Below are positions 33,263 through 43,454 of a stretch of 64,000 bases of DNA, one piece after another. The position numbers and the translations under genes were made by a program. The stretch's first letter is position 1. Every line of letters starts with the position of its first letter. Under the pieces are notes generated by a model, which saw nothing but the letters and a program-made list of their open reading frames with translations, searched no databases and had not been told where the DNA came from. Origin of the DNA: Cyanidioschyzon merolae (Eukaryota); NCBI GenBank assembly GCA_000091205.1, contig AP006497.2; one strand, 5' to 3'.

Positions 33263-34593
33263 ACGACGCTGCAACGGGTGTCAACAACGCCAGCGTCAAC
33301 CGCTTGATGGATACCTCGGGCTGTGCTTAAGTTCGCTGTAAACGCGGAACGAGAATGCTTCGTCAAGCGGAAATATCTGCAGGACGTTCGAACCCGATTC
33401 TATAGATCGGGTGGGTGACGCTCTTGATAAAGAGACACCAAGAGCCGGCTTCGTATGTGTAGGTAGACTGGTTACCTGGTTGCATGGAAGCACGGATTTG
33501 GTAAACACGCTTACTCGTAGCAGCGATGGCTCGGTTTTGTGTGGTATGTTCAGCTGCGCGCCTCATATGGAACACTTGTGAACAACAACTGGGGCAATAG
33601 AAACGCTGCGGAGACGCAAACCTTAGAGCGGACACGGTTGGTGGACTTCCCGCACAGCTGCACGCACGACTTGACGTTTGTGTCGAGCTTGCTATCCGCG
33701 AACGAGCTTGTTTACACGGTCAAAGGACTCATCGGGGTCGACAAACGTCCGACTACCCGGTTACTCTATCGAGTTTGCGAATATGCGTTCCAGAGCGCTA
33801 CGTTATGCTGCGAAAAGCCGCGTGTCACAGCACGAAGCGCTGCTCAGGGCACAGGTAGCTCGCTGCCGCGAGCGTATCGGTTCACGACTCGCTGGAAATC
33901 CCGTTCTAATGCAAGTGGTTAGCTTCTTGGCGAGTCGCGGAGCTGCAGCGGTAACGCTGTTTGCTCCGTACGCAGACTCCGTGGCGTCCGCGCAGGCTCT
34001 CCGACCCGAACGCTGAAACCAGTACCCGTCAGGAAGCCTGCTGCATAGATGGATATGAATCGGCATGGTTACCTCGAGGGCAAGGCTACATGCTGATTGA
34101 TACAATACGTTTGCTCGACGGACTCGAGCTTGCCATTGAATTCGTTATGACACTAGGCTCGTAACAGCTGCAACGAAATCACGAGTTTGCCCCAAGGTGC
34201 AGCAGCAGCAGCAGCGCTCACCCGGGTGCAGACGCGGGCTTGTTTCCGCGCGGCACCCGCGGTACGCTCGACGTCCATATGTTCCCTGAATCGATCAAGC
34301 CTAGCTTTCAGAGGACAAGGAATGGACAGGAGCAGGTAGACCGTGAAAGCATCCACAGAAGAATCGAAATCGCTTCGCTGGAAATCGGTTCTATTTGCAT
34401 GCATGCGAGTGTTTGTTTCGATGATTCATCGAGCGTAGATTGTAAGAAACAGCGAGCGAGTCGCATTTCGCGCGAGCAACTGTCCTGAGCTGGCGATACG
34501 CACGATCCTTGCCTTCATCAGTCAACATGGAAGCGGACTTTTAGGATGATCGCACAAGCACGGTATCGGTGGCGAGCGAATGATCGTGATGCC

Positions 34594-36306
34594 TCACGAA
34601 TCGCATAATCCGCACGCTTCAAGGAACTGTTCAGGGTGCTCCAGAAACGGTACATGGCCACATGCCGGAATCACCCGGAAACTGACCTGATGCTCCCGAG
34701 GCGCTGCCTTGTCCATCACTTGATATGCTCGCTCAAGTTCATGCACGCTGATCAGCGAGTCCGTGGCTCCAGCAACGATGCGGATTCGGCCATTCACACA
34801 ACATGGGAGTTGCTCGAGAATAGACCCGCCAGTAGTCTCACCATCTGAGGCCAGCGGGTGCACGCAACGCGCTGTGCGTTTCTTATGCGATACGGTTACG
34901 AGCGCTGCGAACGCCAGATCAGCACTTTGTCCGCCACGACGTGTTGCCAAAGCGTACGTGTAGCGGCGGAGGTACCGCGAGCGAAATCCCAAATCGCGTC
35001 CGGGCCATCGCAGCCGGAATGCTAGATAGCCAAGCACTCCGGCGTTTCGCATGATCATTTGCGGCGTGAGCTGGAAGTACACCGCTCGTTTGTAGCTTTG
35101 CTTGGACCAGATGCCTGCGGGCGTCACGAGCACGAGGTTCTGGACCAGCCCATTCGATGCTTCGACGGTGTAGCGGCTGGCAACGTAGGCGCCGAGCGAA
35201 TGGGCAACAATGTCGATACGTTTCCCGTTTTTGCGACACCAGCTTTCGATGCCGGAACTGTACAGAAATTCAGAGATGCCACGAATCATAAAATGGACAG
35301 CTACTTGGGCCCTCGCTGCGGTGTCCCTCGGGGCACGTCCTGTCGTGTATGGCGGTCGAGACGAGCGCCCCCATCCGAGCATATCGATGGCGTAAACGAC
35401 ATAGCGCCCGGTAGCGGCGAAATCCGCGAGAACGTGTCGGAAGTAAGCAGAAGACATGGAGTGTCCATGAATGAGCAGCAGAGGCCTCAATTGAGGATTT
35501 GTCCCCGAAAACATGTCCTGCTCGTTGCCGGCCACCAGCACGTGCACAAAGGGCAAGGCCGCAGCTGGCGACCGGTTACCGCTTTCGGGGACTTGGGAGG
35601 ATGTGTCGCTTGAAACGCTCGACATGGGTGTCCGCTCGAATGACTCACTATCGGCTACATCCGTTAAAGGAGACAAGTAATCATCTACGCTGAGTGGCGC
35701 CTTCAGTCTCGAAACGCTCATCTCAGAAGACCATTCAGGGAGCGCTTCAGAGCTGACAGAGCTCAGCGAAGGACAACGCCGAAGTATGGGATCTATCGCT
35801 TGAAGTGCTCCACTTTCCGCCTGTTCGACGGGAATATCATCGAAATTGAGTTTTCGCTCGAGCCGTTCCGTACTGGTGCTCGCAACAGCTGCGCACCGGG
35901 TCGCTGCCGTCGGGCCGGACTGCTCCCAGCGCGCGAGCGTGACGCGCCGTGCAGTGACCACCTCGGTATTGGCCTGTTGGGGGCTCGTTCCTCGTCGCCA
36001 TGAATTTCGGAGGGAGCGAATGCGCTCGTATGACAGCTCATCGCTCCCAGCAGGCGGTGCATGGGAGCTTGAGCACGCGCCCTGGTATTCACGACGCAAG
36101 CAGAGCCCCACTTCTGCGAGCACTTTTTCCTCCAGAGCGTCAAGATCCCGCTCAACCACCGGTGGTCGCGTACCCAGTAGGCGAGATAAACACTTTTGCG
36201 CCTCCAGGCTTATGAAAAAAAAGGTTATAACTCGTAACATGGCAGTGCACGTGGAAGCAGCACCAACTCGCGCACTGCACATGCATGGAGCCGCAGCTGC
36301 CGCCAT
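34594..36306 (-). CDS. Alpha/beta-hydrolase fold protein (ABHD4/ABHD5-like); the 5' end is uncertain
   Basis: Motifs are LLLIHGHSMSSAYF, a nucleophile elbow AHSLGAY, and C-terminal ACGHVPFLEHPEQF. The N-terminal ~200 aa of the ORF are Ser-rich low complexity and may not all be coding. Confidence 0.6.
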   Translation of the reverse strand: MAAAAAPCMCSARVGAASTCTAMLRVITFFFISLEAQKCLSRLLGTRPPVVERDLDALEEKVLAEVGLCLRREYQGACSSSHAPPAGSDELSYERIRSLRNSWRRGTSPQQANTEVVTARRVTLARWEQSGPTAATRCAAVASTSTERLERKLNFDDIPVEQAESGALQAIDPILRRCPSLSSVSSEALPEWSSEMSVSRLKAPLSVDDYLSPLTDVADSESFERTPMSSVSSDTSSQVPESGNRSPAAALPFVHVLVAGNEQDMFSGTNPQLRPLLLIHGHSMSSAYFRHVLADFAATGRYVVYAIDMLGWGRSSRPPYTTGRAPRDTAARAQVAVHFMIRGISEFLYSSGIESWCRKNGKRIDIVAHSLGAYVASRYTVEASNGLVQNLVLVTPAGIWSKQSYKRAVYFQLTPQMIMRNAGVLGYLAFRLRWPGRDLGFRSRYLRRYTYALATRRGGQSADLAFAALVTVSHKKRTARCVHPLASDGETTGGSILEQLPCCVNGRIRIVAGATDSLISVHELERAYQVMDKAAPREHQVSFRVIPACGHVPFLEHPEQFLEACGLCDS

Positions 36307-36569
36307 GTCGCTACCCGCCCGGATCCGGTACCGATGCGGTGCGATGCGTTGCCGCGCGCGCGCGGGCGCTGCGGCGCGCCATCCGTTTGCGCTTACGATT
36401 ATAGAGTTTCACCTGAACTGTGTTCCACGTTCAGATCCGTGTCAACGAATGCCTGTTCGCGGTTTATTGCAGGTGCTTTCTACGTGCGTTGATTTTCAAA
36501 AATGCAATATTCAAAGGAAAAGTATGGACATGCAAGTCGGGATCATGGAGGTGAGATGTTGCCTGATTC

Positions 36570-36910
36570 GACAAAAAGAAACACGATAAGATTCCTCTTA
36601 TTGCCGAGTATCGGACGAAGAAACGCGAGTGACGAAGGCGAAGTGGAAGAAGCGTGTTGATAGGCGAGGAGAGCTGTTTGCCCGACGAGGCTGTGACGTG
36701 ACCTTGGTGGCACAGAGGGCACGAGTCCTTATGCACCCTTGCGTTGATGACTTGTACCAGAGACAATACACGCTGGGAGTTCATGAATCGAGACTTCAAC
36801 GCTGCGCCATTAAAAACAGACGATGTGCGGTGCTGAAGAGGCGACCCGCGTACCCGACGCGAGCCAACTTTGTGGGCCAGCCTCTCACACTCGATGTGTG
36901 CAACGATAAA
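36570..36910 (+). pseudogene. Copy C: a truncated 'X + RuvC-III tail' fragment, frameshifted
   Basis: The plus strand reads EFMNRDFNAAPLKTDDVRC, then shifts frame to IKNRRCAVLKRRPAYPTRANFVGQPLTLDVCNDKL. Segment X lies at 36584..36780. The copy sits in the promoter region of the minus-strand hydrolase gene, which starts at 36306. Confidence 0.55.
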
Positions 36911-37591
36911 CTGAACTCACTAGTCCTGAAGCTTTACGTATATCGGCGTTATACAGCAGTTCGCTACATGTCGGAAGCGTCGGATGCCACGTGGTTCCTA
37001 AATTCGCATGAAAGTTCACTACAGCAACGCCGTACCACACACCATGAGTGATGCTCGTCGTCTTTGCAAAGACGCTTCCGTGCATTGTCGCTGGTATAGG
37101 GGCAGTCAGCTTGTCAAATAGCGTCGTGCGGGTACCCTGAATCAACTGGAAACCAAGCATCCAATCGATTCAAGGTGTTTCTCAGTCACAGTTGGGCGTC
37201 AAGTTGTCCTGATCATGCAGCGACAGAGGCGGCAGCCGCTCAGCACCCCCTGAGTCGGAGTTCCACGTCTGCAATCCGCCATTGTGCTCGGCTGAAGAAG
37301 CGTATCGACAAACGTGCAACAGGCATGAGCCACAGATCGGCCGCTGAGCTACATGTATCCGGACGCTCGTTTCCGCCTGCAGAGCCATCACGTATGCGCA
37401 TGAGAAAGTTCGCACCCGATGCATACATCTCGAAGCAAACCGCATGCTGCCGGCTGTGGATAAAGTGCTCTATTCAACGGACAAGTCGAACGCGAACGCC
37501 CTCCAAGTGGCGGCACCACTGAATCGGACAATGTTTACAACCTGCCATGCCTTGCGGTATGCTGCTAACGCTCATTCCAGGCGCTCGAGGT

Positions 37592-38668
37592 CTAGTTCAA
37601 GGGTTTCGTCGCAAGCCACACCCGATGCCGCGGCGTATTGTTTTCGGTCTGCACGTCAGTGAATCCACTGATTGTCAGTAAACTGACCATATCGACGCGT
37701 TCATACTCAGAAAAATACGGTTCAGTGCTGCGGAATATGGCTGCTCCGACCGGGGGTATCGAACGGAACGCTTCGCTGTGCGGATCAGAATCCATCATCG
37801 CCAACATGCCTCCGGGGCGAAGCACTCGATACGCCTCTACCACGAGACGCTCGGTCGCTGCCATGGGCAGCTCATGTGTCACCAGGGAACATAACACGAG
37901 GTCCACCGAATCCGCTTTCTGAGGGAGGTTCTCGACCGCGGCGTGCTTAAAACGCACCTGAATCGATGACGGGTAGCTGCGCTCCTCTGCACGTAACTCG
38001 GCAACCGCAAGCATGAACGTCGATAAATCGATTCCTGTTATGTCGAGCGGGCGTTCCGGATACCGTGCTAGCCATGCATCGATGAAGCGCATCGTGCTGA
38101 GTCCAGTCGACGCACCCAGGTCGAGTGCTACCAGTGGACGTCCCATGGGCACGAGCAGCTGTTCCAGACGAGGCCAGACTCGGTCCAGGAAGGTGTCGCG
38201 TAGCAGGCGGTCACCTTGCGTGGGCGGTGCTTCCGGGAAAAGGCGTGCATGGACCGCCAGAGCCGACGACTCGACTTCCATGGCAGGAATCCAGCCAAGG
38301 TTCCCTTCCGGATACGTATGGAACGGTGCACGTACGTAGTAGTCTGGATATACGAGGTCGCGTTCGACAAGTCGCGCTCGTTTCTGTTCGAGGGTGTCCC
38401 ACTTGAGCCGCAGCTCACGAACGTTCTCTCGCCAGGGCACGCCGATCTCCTCCGCTCTCTTGACGACACCTGCACGGCCAATTCGCTTCAGTAACCAAGC
38501 AGTGGGCGGGAAAGCTAAAATCCCTTGTACTATCAGAGCCGGCAGTTTGCCCTCGGGGTTTCGCGTCACTGGAGTCGTCGCCGAAGCGTGAATCCATCGA
38601 CAAGCTCGGTATCGAGTGCACTTCTGAGACGGCAGTCTCACGCATGGAACAAAGTTTAACTGCGTCAT
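37592..38668 (-). CDS. Class I SAM-dependent methyltransferase (Methyltransf_11-like)
   Basis: Motif I is VALDLGASTGLSTMRF. Downstream blocks are DLVLCSLVTHELP and LRPGGMLAMMD. The likely start is MTQLNF at 38668. The longer ORF, 37592..39505, reads through in frame from a Fanzor/TnpB-like remnant upstream and is judged chimeric. Confidence 0.55.
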   Translation of the reverse strand: MTQLNFVPCVRLPSQKCTRYRACRWIHASATTPVTRNPEGKLPALIVQGILAFPPTAWLLKRIGRAGVVKRAEEIGVPWRENVRELRLKWDTLEQKRARLVERDLVYPDYYVRAPFHTYPEGNLGWIPAMEVESSALAVHARLFPEAPPTQGDRLLRDTFLDRVWPRLEQLLVPMGRPLVALDLGASTGLSTMRFIDAWLARYPERPLDITGIDLSTFMLAVAELRAEERSYPSSIQVRFKHAAVENLPQKADSVDLVLCSLVTHELPMAATERLVVEAYRVLRPGGMLAMMDSDPHSEAFRSIPPVGAAIFRSTEPYFSEYERVDMVSLLTISGFTDVQTENNTPRHRVWLATKPLN

Positions 38669-38744
38669 GAGGCTCGCTATCAAACGCCGTTCTAAAGTCG
38701 AACGACGTCGGACGTGTATCGTAGTGGCGGTGAACGTGCCTTCG

Positions 38745-39026
38745 ACCAGAGGTCTTCGACTGTCGTGCAGACGCCTTCCGGTCTTTTCGGACCGGCCACC
38801 TACTCCTGATTCCAACTTTTTCTCATATAATTCCACTTTGAGCGATTGTCCAACAAAGTTCTCTCTTGTCCACTCTGGAGGTCTTTTCTCCAGCACCGCA
38901 CATCTCCTGACATTGACAGCAGCGTTGAAGTCTCGGTTGACGAATTCCATACGTTTCTTGCCGCCGTTGGTTGTGCTCACCAGCGCATGTAGTGCTCGAA
39001 CTTTCGTCCTGCTTCCCATTTGCTCT
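38745..39026 (-). pseudogene. TnpB/Fanzor-like C-terminal segment (RuvC-III motif DFNAAVNV) plus a conserved 3' tail
   Basis: GGKKRMEFVNRDFNAAVNVRRCAVL matches the TnpB/Cas12 RuvC-III consensus (AD.NAA.NI) with the catalytic Asp present. It is preceded by a CxxC...CxxCG zinc finger and the FVTFPIDEFRTSC block (compare TnpB VxVdPxYTSqxCsxCG). A 3' motif CAGGAGTAGGTGGCCGGTCCGAAAAG at ~38745..38770 is shared with copies at ~55440 and ~15690. Confidence 0.65.
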
Positions 39027-40645
39027 TCTGTCAAGACTCCGCACTTTTTTATATCGTCAGGACTGATCTGGCAATTTTCCATCTCGAGCGTCTGAAGTGT
39101 ACACCCCAGCTCGTGGTCTATGCAGGACGTCCGGAACTCGTCTATCGGGAATGTGACAAAACGCCTTGCGCACTCCTTGTACGCGCGTGTCGGTGAGGCT
39201 GGAGTGCACCCTGTTTTCGACGCCCAGCGCCCTGCTCCGTATGCTGGTACGAGCCTTTGACGCTTGTCCTCCTTGAGGGTGCTCAGCGCATGAAAAAAGT
39301 TCCCAAATGCACGCCATTCCGCACAGTACAAGTTCATACGCGGACGATGGCATGGACCTTGGCTTTTGCACGCTCTCTCCGCCACTGCTTCCATTGCCGC
39401 TCTCTTAGCCCCGAGTGAACATGTGCCGGTCTCTCTTGTCCTTGCAGTTCCCGAGTCAGCAGTCGAGGGATGTCGATGGCAGCGTTCAAGTTCCGATTTC
39501 GCCACTTCCCGCCCTTGGTAACGCGTCCCGCGCGTAGGGCCAAGTTGCGGTCCGCACGTCGTTCCCCACGTTCATCTTCTGTGCACATACAGCTTCGGTG
39601 TGTCTTTCGCTGCGCTGACACCGGACTATGATCAGACGTTCGCATATTCGTCTGCCGCATCTCTCACGCGACCGAGCGCCGCCCTGTGGCATGCGAAGGC
39701 TTGCTTCAGCGCTCGATGCATGTCCGGGACTGGCGTAGAAGGCGCTCGTCGAATCCATTCTTTGTCTGCATACCGGATGCCGTGACGAACGATGACGGGC
39801 TGCTTCCGGGCGATTCCCTTTGCGAGTGCGCTGTATGGTGCAAAAGCAAGCATACGCTGTCCCGTTTGAGAAGGGATTCGTGGAATGCGATATTGGCCGT
39901 GGTGAAGCAGGCACCGGAACGATAACACTCATAGGAGAACCAGTCAAGTGATTTCGATCCGTCCACGCTGTTCTACAGCGAAGCGGCGATCCAGTCTGCA
40001 CCAGAGGCGATCGCTGCGACGACTATAGTCAGGGACTTCATTCCATGCAACCAGAAGAGGCGAGTGCATCTGGGCGCGAATCCCCGTGTAACGTACGATG
40101 CAGCTGTCGAATTCCCTGTCTCGCGGATGACCACAGGGACACAAGGATTTGTCTTTCGAAAGGATTCGATCATTTGATACGAGAAGCACGATGAGGCTTG
40201 GGCGTGAGCGTGTGAACACGTCGTCAAGGAGCGACGTCGGGCTCCGTGCCGCGCCAGTCCAGTGGCGAGCATTGCTGTGCCCACGGGTTGCCTTGAAACA
40301 GAAAGATCGAAAACATGAAGCATGCATGATTTGCGCATGCTGTACACAAGGAATGCGATAGCGGTAGAGGCTTGTGCCTACAAATTGGTTCATAAAATCG
40401 GCTATTTTACAAACCTTTGTTTGGCGGCGTCGAGAAGCATCTCGATCCCGGCGACGTATCGAGTTACAGGGGCAACGCGTCGAAAGTGGCACGCAGTAAC
40501 GCCGACCGGGAATCCGGAAACCGCGCATGAATTCCCAAGCCCTGATTGTTGCACTTTGAGTGTCTAGACCATATATCTAGGAAAATGCCGGGGAATAAAA
40601 TCGAAAGGCAGGGCCAGCGTGTGCAGTGCAGTATCCCATTCCAAT
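39027..40645 (-). mobile_element. R2: copy 2 of the 1.6 kb direct repeat; it is continuous with a RuvC-III-encoding tail at 38745..39026
   Basis: The ORFs at 39057..39371, 39486..40001 and 39973..40347 are near-identical to those at 19362..19664, 19791..20306 and 20278..20652. The minus strand across the boundary reads ...EFRTSCIDHELGCTLQTLEMENCQISPDDIKKCGVLTEEQMGSRTKVRALHALVSTTNGGKKRMEFVNRDFNAAVNVRRCAVLEKRPPEWTRENFVGQSL. Confidence 0.7.
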
Positions 40646-41945
40646 CTAACGCTCGGCTAGCATAAACCGCTGTTCACGAAACGGCATCCATGCAATAAGA
40701 GGAGTCAGCGTACGCTCCGCAAGTCGAAATTGGACTGGGTATTCGGCAGCCTCGCAGGCGCGTTCATCGCTCTGGGCGACGAGTTCCAGAACTGGAGAAG
40801 TCTCTCTGCTCCTTCGGTGCCTCCGCGTGCAACCGAGACTTGGCCAAACAAGTGACAGGTAGCAGGCGCCCGTCACGCAATCCCCAGCATCTTCGACCGT
40901 ATCATCCGTACCGGGAATTCGGATGCTCAACACGGCCAGGCGACGATGCGCGTCCGTTTCGGAGCAGGCGAAGCGGTGCGCTCCAACGCCGGCACCCGTG
41001 GCGCCTCGCATCTCTTCGGCGAAGCGACTCGAACGCGTCAACCCCAAGATATTTCTCTAAGACTTGGCAAAGCTATTGAATTGCCGTGACGCACACAACG
41101 AAGCGCTACCCCGATTGCACCCTGCTTTTATGGTACACGGTCGATGCACCGAGCCAGATTGCCATCGGTAACCGGAAATGAAATCGATGCGCTCATCCAG
41201 ACGTTTTTGCGTATCTGAACCCTGGACCCGTATTCCCCGTAACACTGCACGCTTGATCGATCCCGCAACGCTCAGAGTGCAACGCCCATGGTACACGTCA
41301 AGCAGAGACAACACGATTTTCATCGATCCTTGGAGGCATTCGTTCAAGGCAGTTGCGTCATTTTGCATGCCGAGCGCTCGCTTGGCCGAGATCCGCGCAC
41401 CTCTGTGCGCGGCGTCCATGCGCCGGTACCCGTGTCCGTGCGCGGCTGAATGGCGCAGCGATCGCCGTCGCGCCGCCGCCACGCATCGCTGTCCGGTGTC
41501 GCATCCGTGATCGCGGCATCGCATCGGATGCGTGCAGCGCATGCACCCCGCGCGCCCAGCACGGATCGCGCAACCAAAGCATCGACGTCACGCGCCCTGA
41601 GCGCAGCGCCCGCGGACGCTTGAGGGCGTCGCGTGCATTCACGACGCTCGCGGGATCGGAATCTACTTCCGTGCATTTCGCAGCTTTGAGTAAACTTCAA
41701 GACACAGAAGCGCAGCTTATTTCGATCTCAAGTTTCATCTAGCGTTCGCTTACGTGTCGCAAAAGTGGAGAAAGCAATATGCTGGTTCTGCCTGCGCTCT
41801 GCAGCGTACCAGGCACCGCGTCACTCTGATCCGCAGTTGTTGACCTGCGCGCCCTCATCGACACACAGACGTGGTATCCAGGACGAAGCGCGTCCGCTGG
41901 TCTCGTTGTGATCCGGCAAATGCGCCCACGCCCGTGGCGCAAACA

Positions 41946-43106
41946 CTACATGGAACTTTTCTCTGGGTTGCTGCTGGCGTTCGTCTCGATTTTCTGAACG
42001 CGATCGCGGGCGTATTCGAGCATTCTGCGAGTGTACCTGGAAGCAAACACCTCAAAGTAATAGTTACTTCCGTTCCACACGACGATGAGACCGACAAATG
42101 CCAACACGATTTCGTGCATCCATTTGTAACGCCAGAACAGCGCCGTAGGCAAACAAGTCACCCCAGTGAAAATCAGCTGCCAAAAAGCGAGTGCCAAATT
42201 CTGGTATCGCTCGCCGAAGATATTCAGCATCCGGGAGACTGCCGAGCCCGAGTGACGTGTGAGCCATCGCAGGCTTGTGATCAATTCAGGGTTTCGATCG
42301 AGCTTTCGACGAGAGATAACCAGAATCTTTGCAAGATACAAGGTTTGCCAGATTAGAAAGATCACCAGCGGCACTGCCACCGTAAACGCGCGACGTCCTA
42401 ACGCGATACAGTCTGCTTCGTGGCTGCAGATACCGATCCGTCGCGAGATGATCAAGTCTGAATGCCAACGAGCATTGTACGTCACTAGTGGGGGAAATAT
42501 ATGGATAAATACGGACGTCATCTTATCGAGCGAATGAAAAACCAGCGCATTGCGCCACGCCACCATCGCCCAGAGCACCGGTCCGTTCGCCGAGGCAAAC
42601 AGGGCCACGAACATGACCTGTCGCCAGGCTTGCGTCCGCGGCCAGCCAAAATAGAAAGCTACCAGTAGTGCTTGCACAAAGTAACAATAGTCGTACATGA
42701 AATAATGCTGAGCAGACTTGCGGTATGAATAATAGCGGAGAATAAGCAGAGGCGTCAGCTGGTACAGATACCACTGCCATAGACGCGCCGGCTGGCGTAG
42801 AATAACGTATTCCGTGAAGAGCACGTTGAGCAGACCCAAGACAAACGAAAGTTTGTCTCGCAAACGAATGACCTCTGGAGTGCGAACGCGCCTTTCGATG
42901 GCTCGCCGCCGCTCCACGAGCCGATGTTTGGTGTTACGGATCTTGTCATCTAGATTAGCAAGGCTACCAAGTGTAAAAATATCGGACAAAGAAAGGCTGA
43001 GCAGGTCAGGCTCGTAGTACGCTTCCGAGTCGGGAAAAGCGGAGGAGTCCGTCTCGTCGAAGTGGTCAACGCTCGCACTGCCCAACGCACGCCCACCGTC
43101 GTCCAT
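41946..43106 (-). CDS. DUF2838/GPC1-like multipass membrane protein (glycerophosphocholine acyltransferase family), tentative
   Basis: This is a 386-aa ORF with ~8 hydrophobic segments. The blocks YYSYRKSAQHYFMYDYCYFVQ and FHSLDKMTSVFIHIFPPLVTYNARW resemble the conserved core of the GPC1/DUF2838 family. Confidence 0.45.
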   Translation of the reverse strand: MDDGGRALGSASVDHFDETDSSAFPDSEAYYEPDLLSLSLSDIFTLGSLANLDDKIRNTKHRLVERRRAIERRVRTPEVIRLRDKLSFVLGLLNVLFTEYVILRQPARLWQWYLYQLTPLLILRYYSYRKSAQHYFMYDYCYFVQALLVAFYFGWPRTQAWRQVMFVALFASANGPVLWAMVAWRNALVFHSLDKMTSVFIHIFPPLVTYNARWHSDLIISRRIGICSHEADCIALGRRAFTVAVPLVIFLIWQTLYLAKILVISRRKLDRNPELITSLRWLTRHSGSAVSRMLNIFGERYQNLALAFWQLIFTGVTCLPTALFWRYKWMHEIVLAFVGLIVVWNGSNYYFEVFASRYTRRMLEYARDRVQKIETNASSNPEKSSM

Positions 43107-43454
43107 CTTTGTTCAATAGTTTTCGTGCCACTCGGTTCAGAACGGTTTCCTCGAACCGTTTCGAGAAACGCTTGACGCTGACACCACGACGAGAACGCTC
43201 TGAGCTGGTAACCCGCCCGCCGACCGAACGTTCGTCCTGACGCTGCGGCGCGCAGGCTGCGGGTGCCCGGTCGAGCAGTGGTGGTGGCGTCTGAAAATGC
43301 GCACGCGCGCGCGCTAACGCAATCTCCGGCATCGGCACCGACCGCACTAGATAGAACAAAGGACAGAGGCTATCCAGTAACTAGCAACGATATAAGGATT
43401 TATTTTCTCTTCTATGATTAATGTTAACATGACGGAAGGATTTCCGTATTGTCA

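Noticed and set aside
19332-40645. R1/R2 considered as LTRs of an LTR retrotransposon.
   Set aside because: The 18 kb between them consists of ordinary host genes (kinase, Pelota, hydrolase, methyltransferase) with no gag/pol. The repeats themselves encode TnpB-like fragments and lack TG..CA termini.
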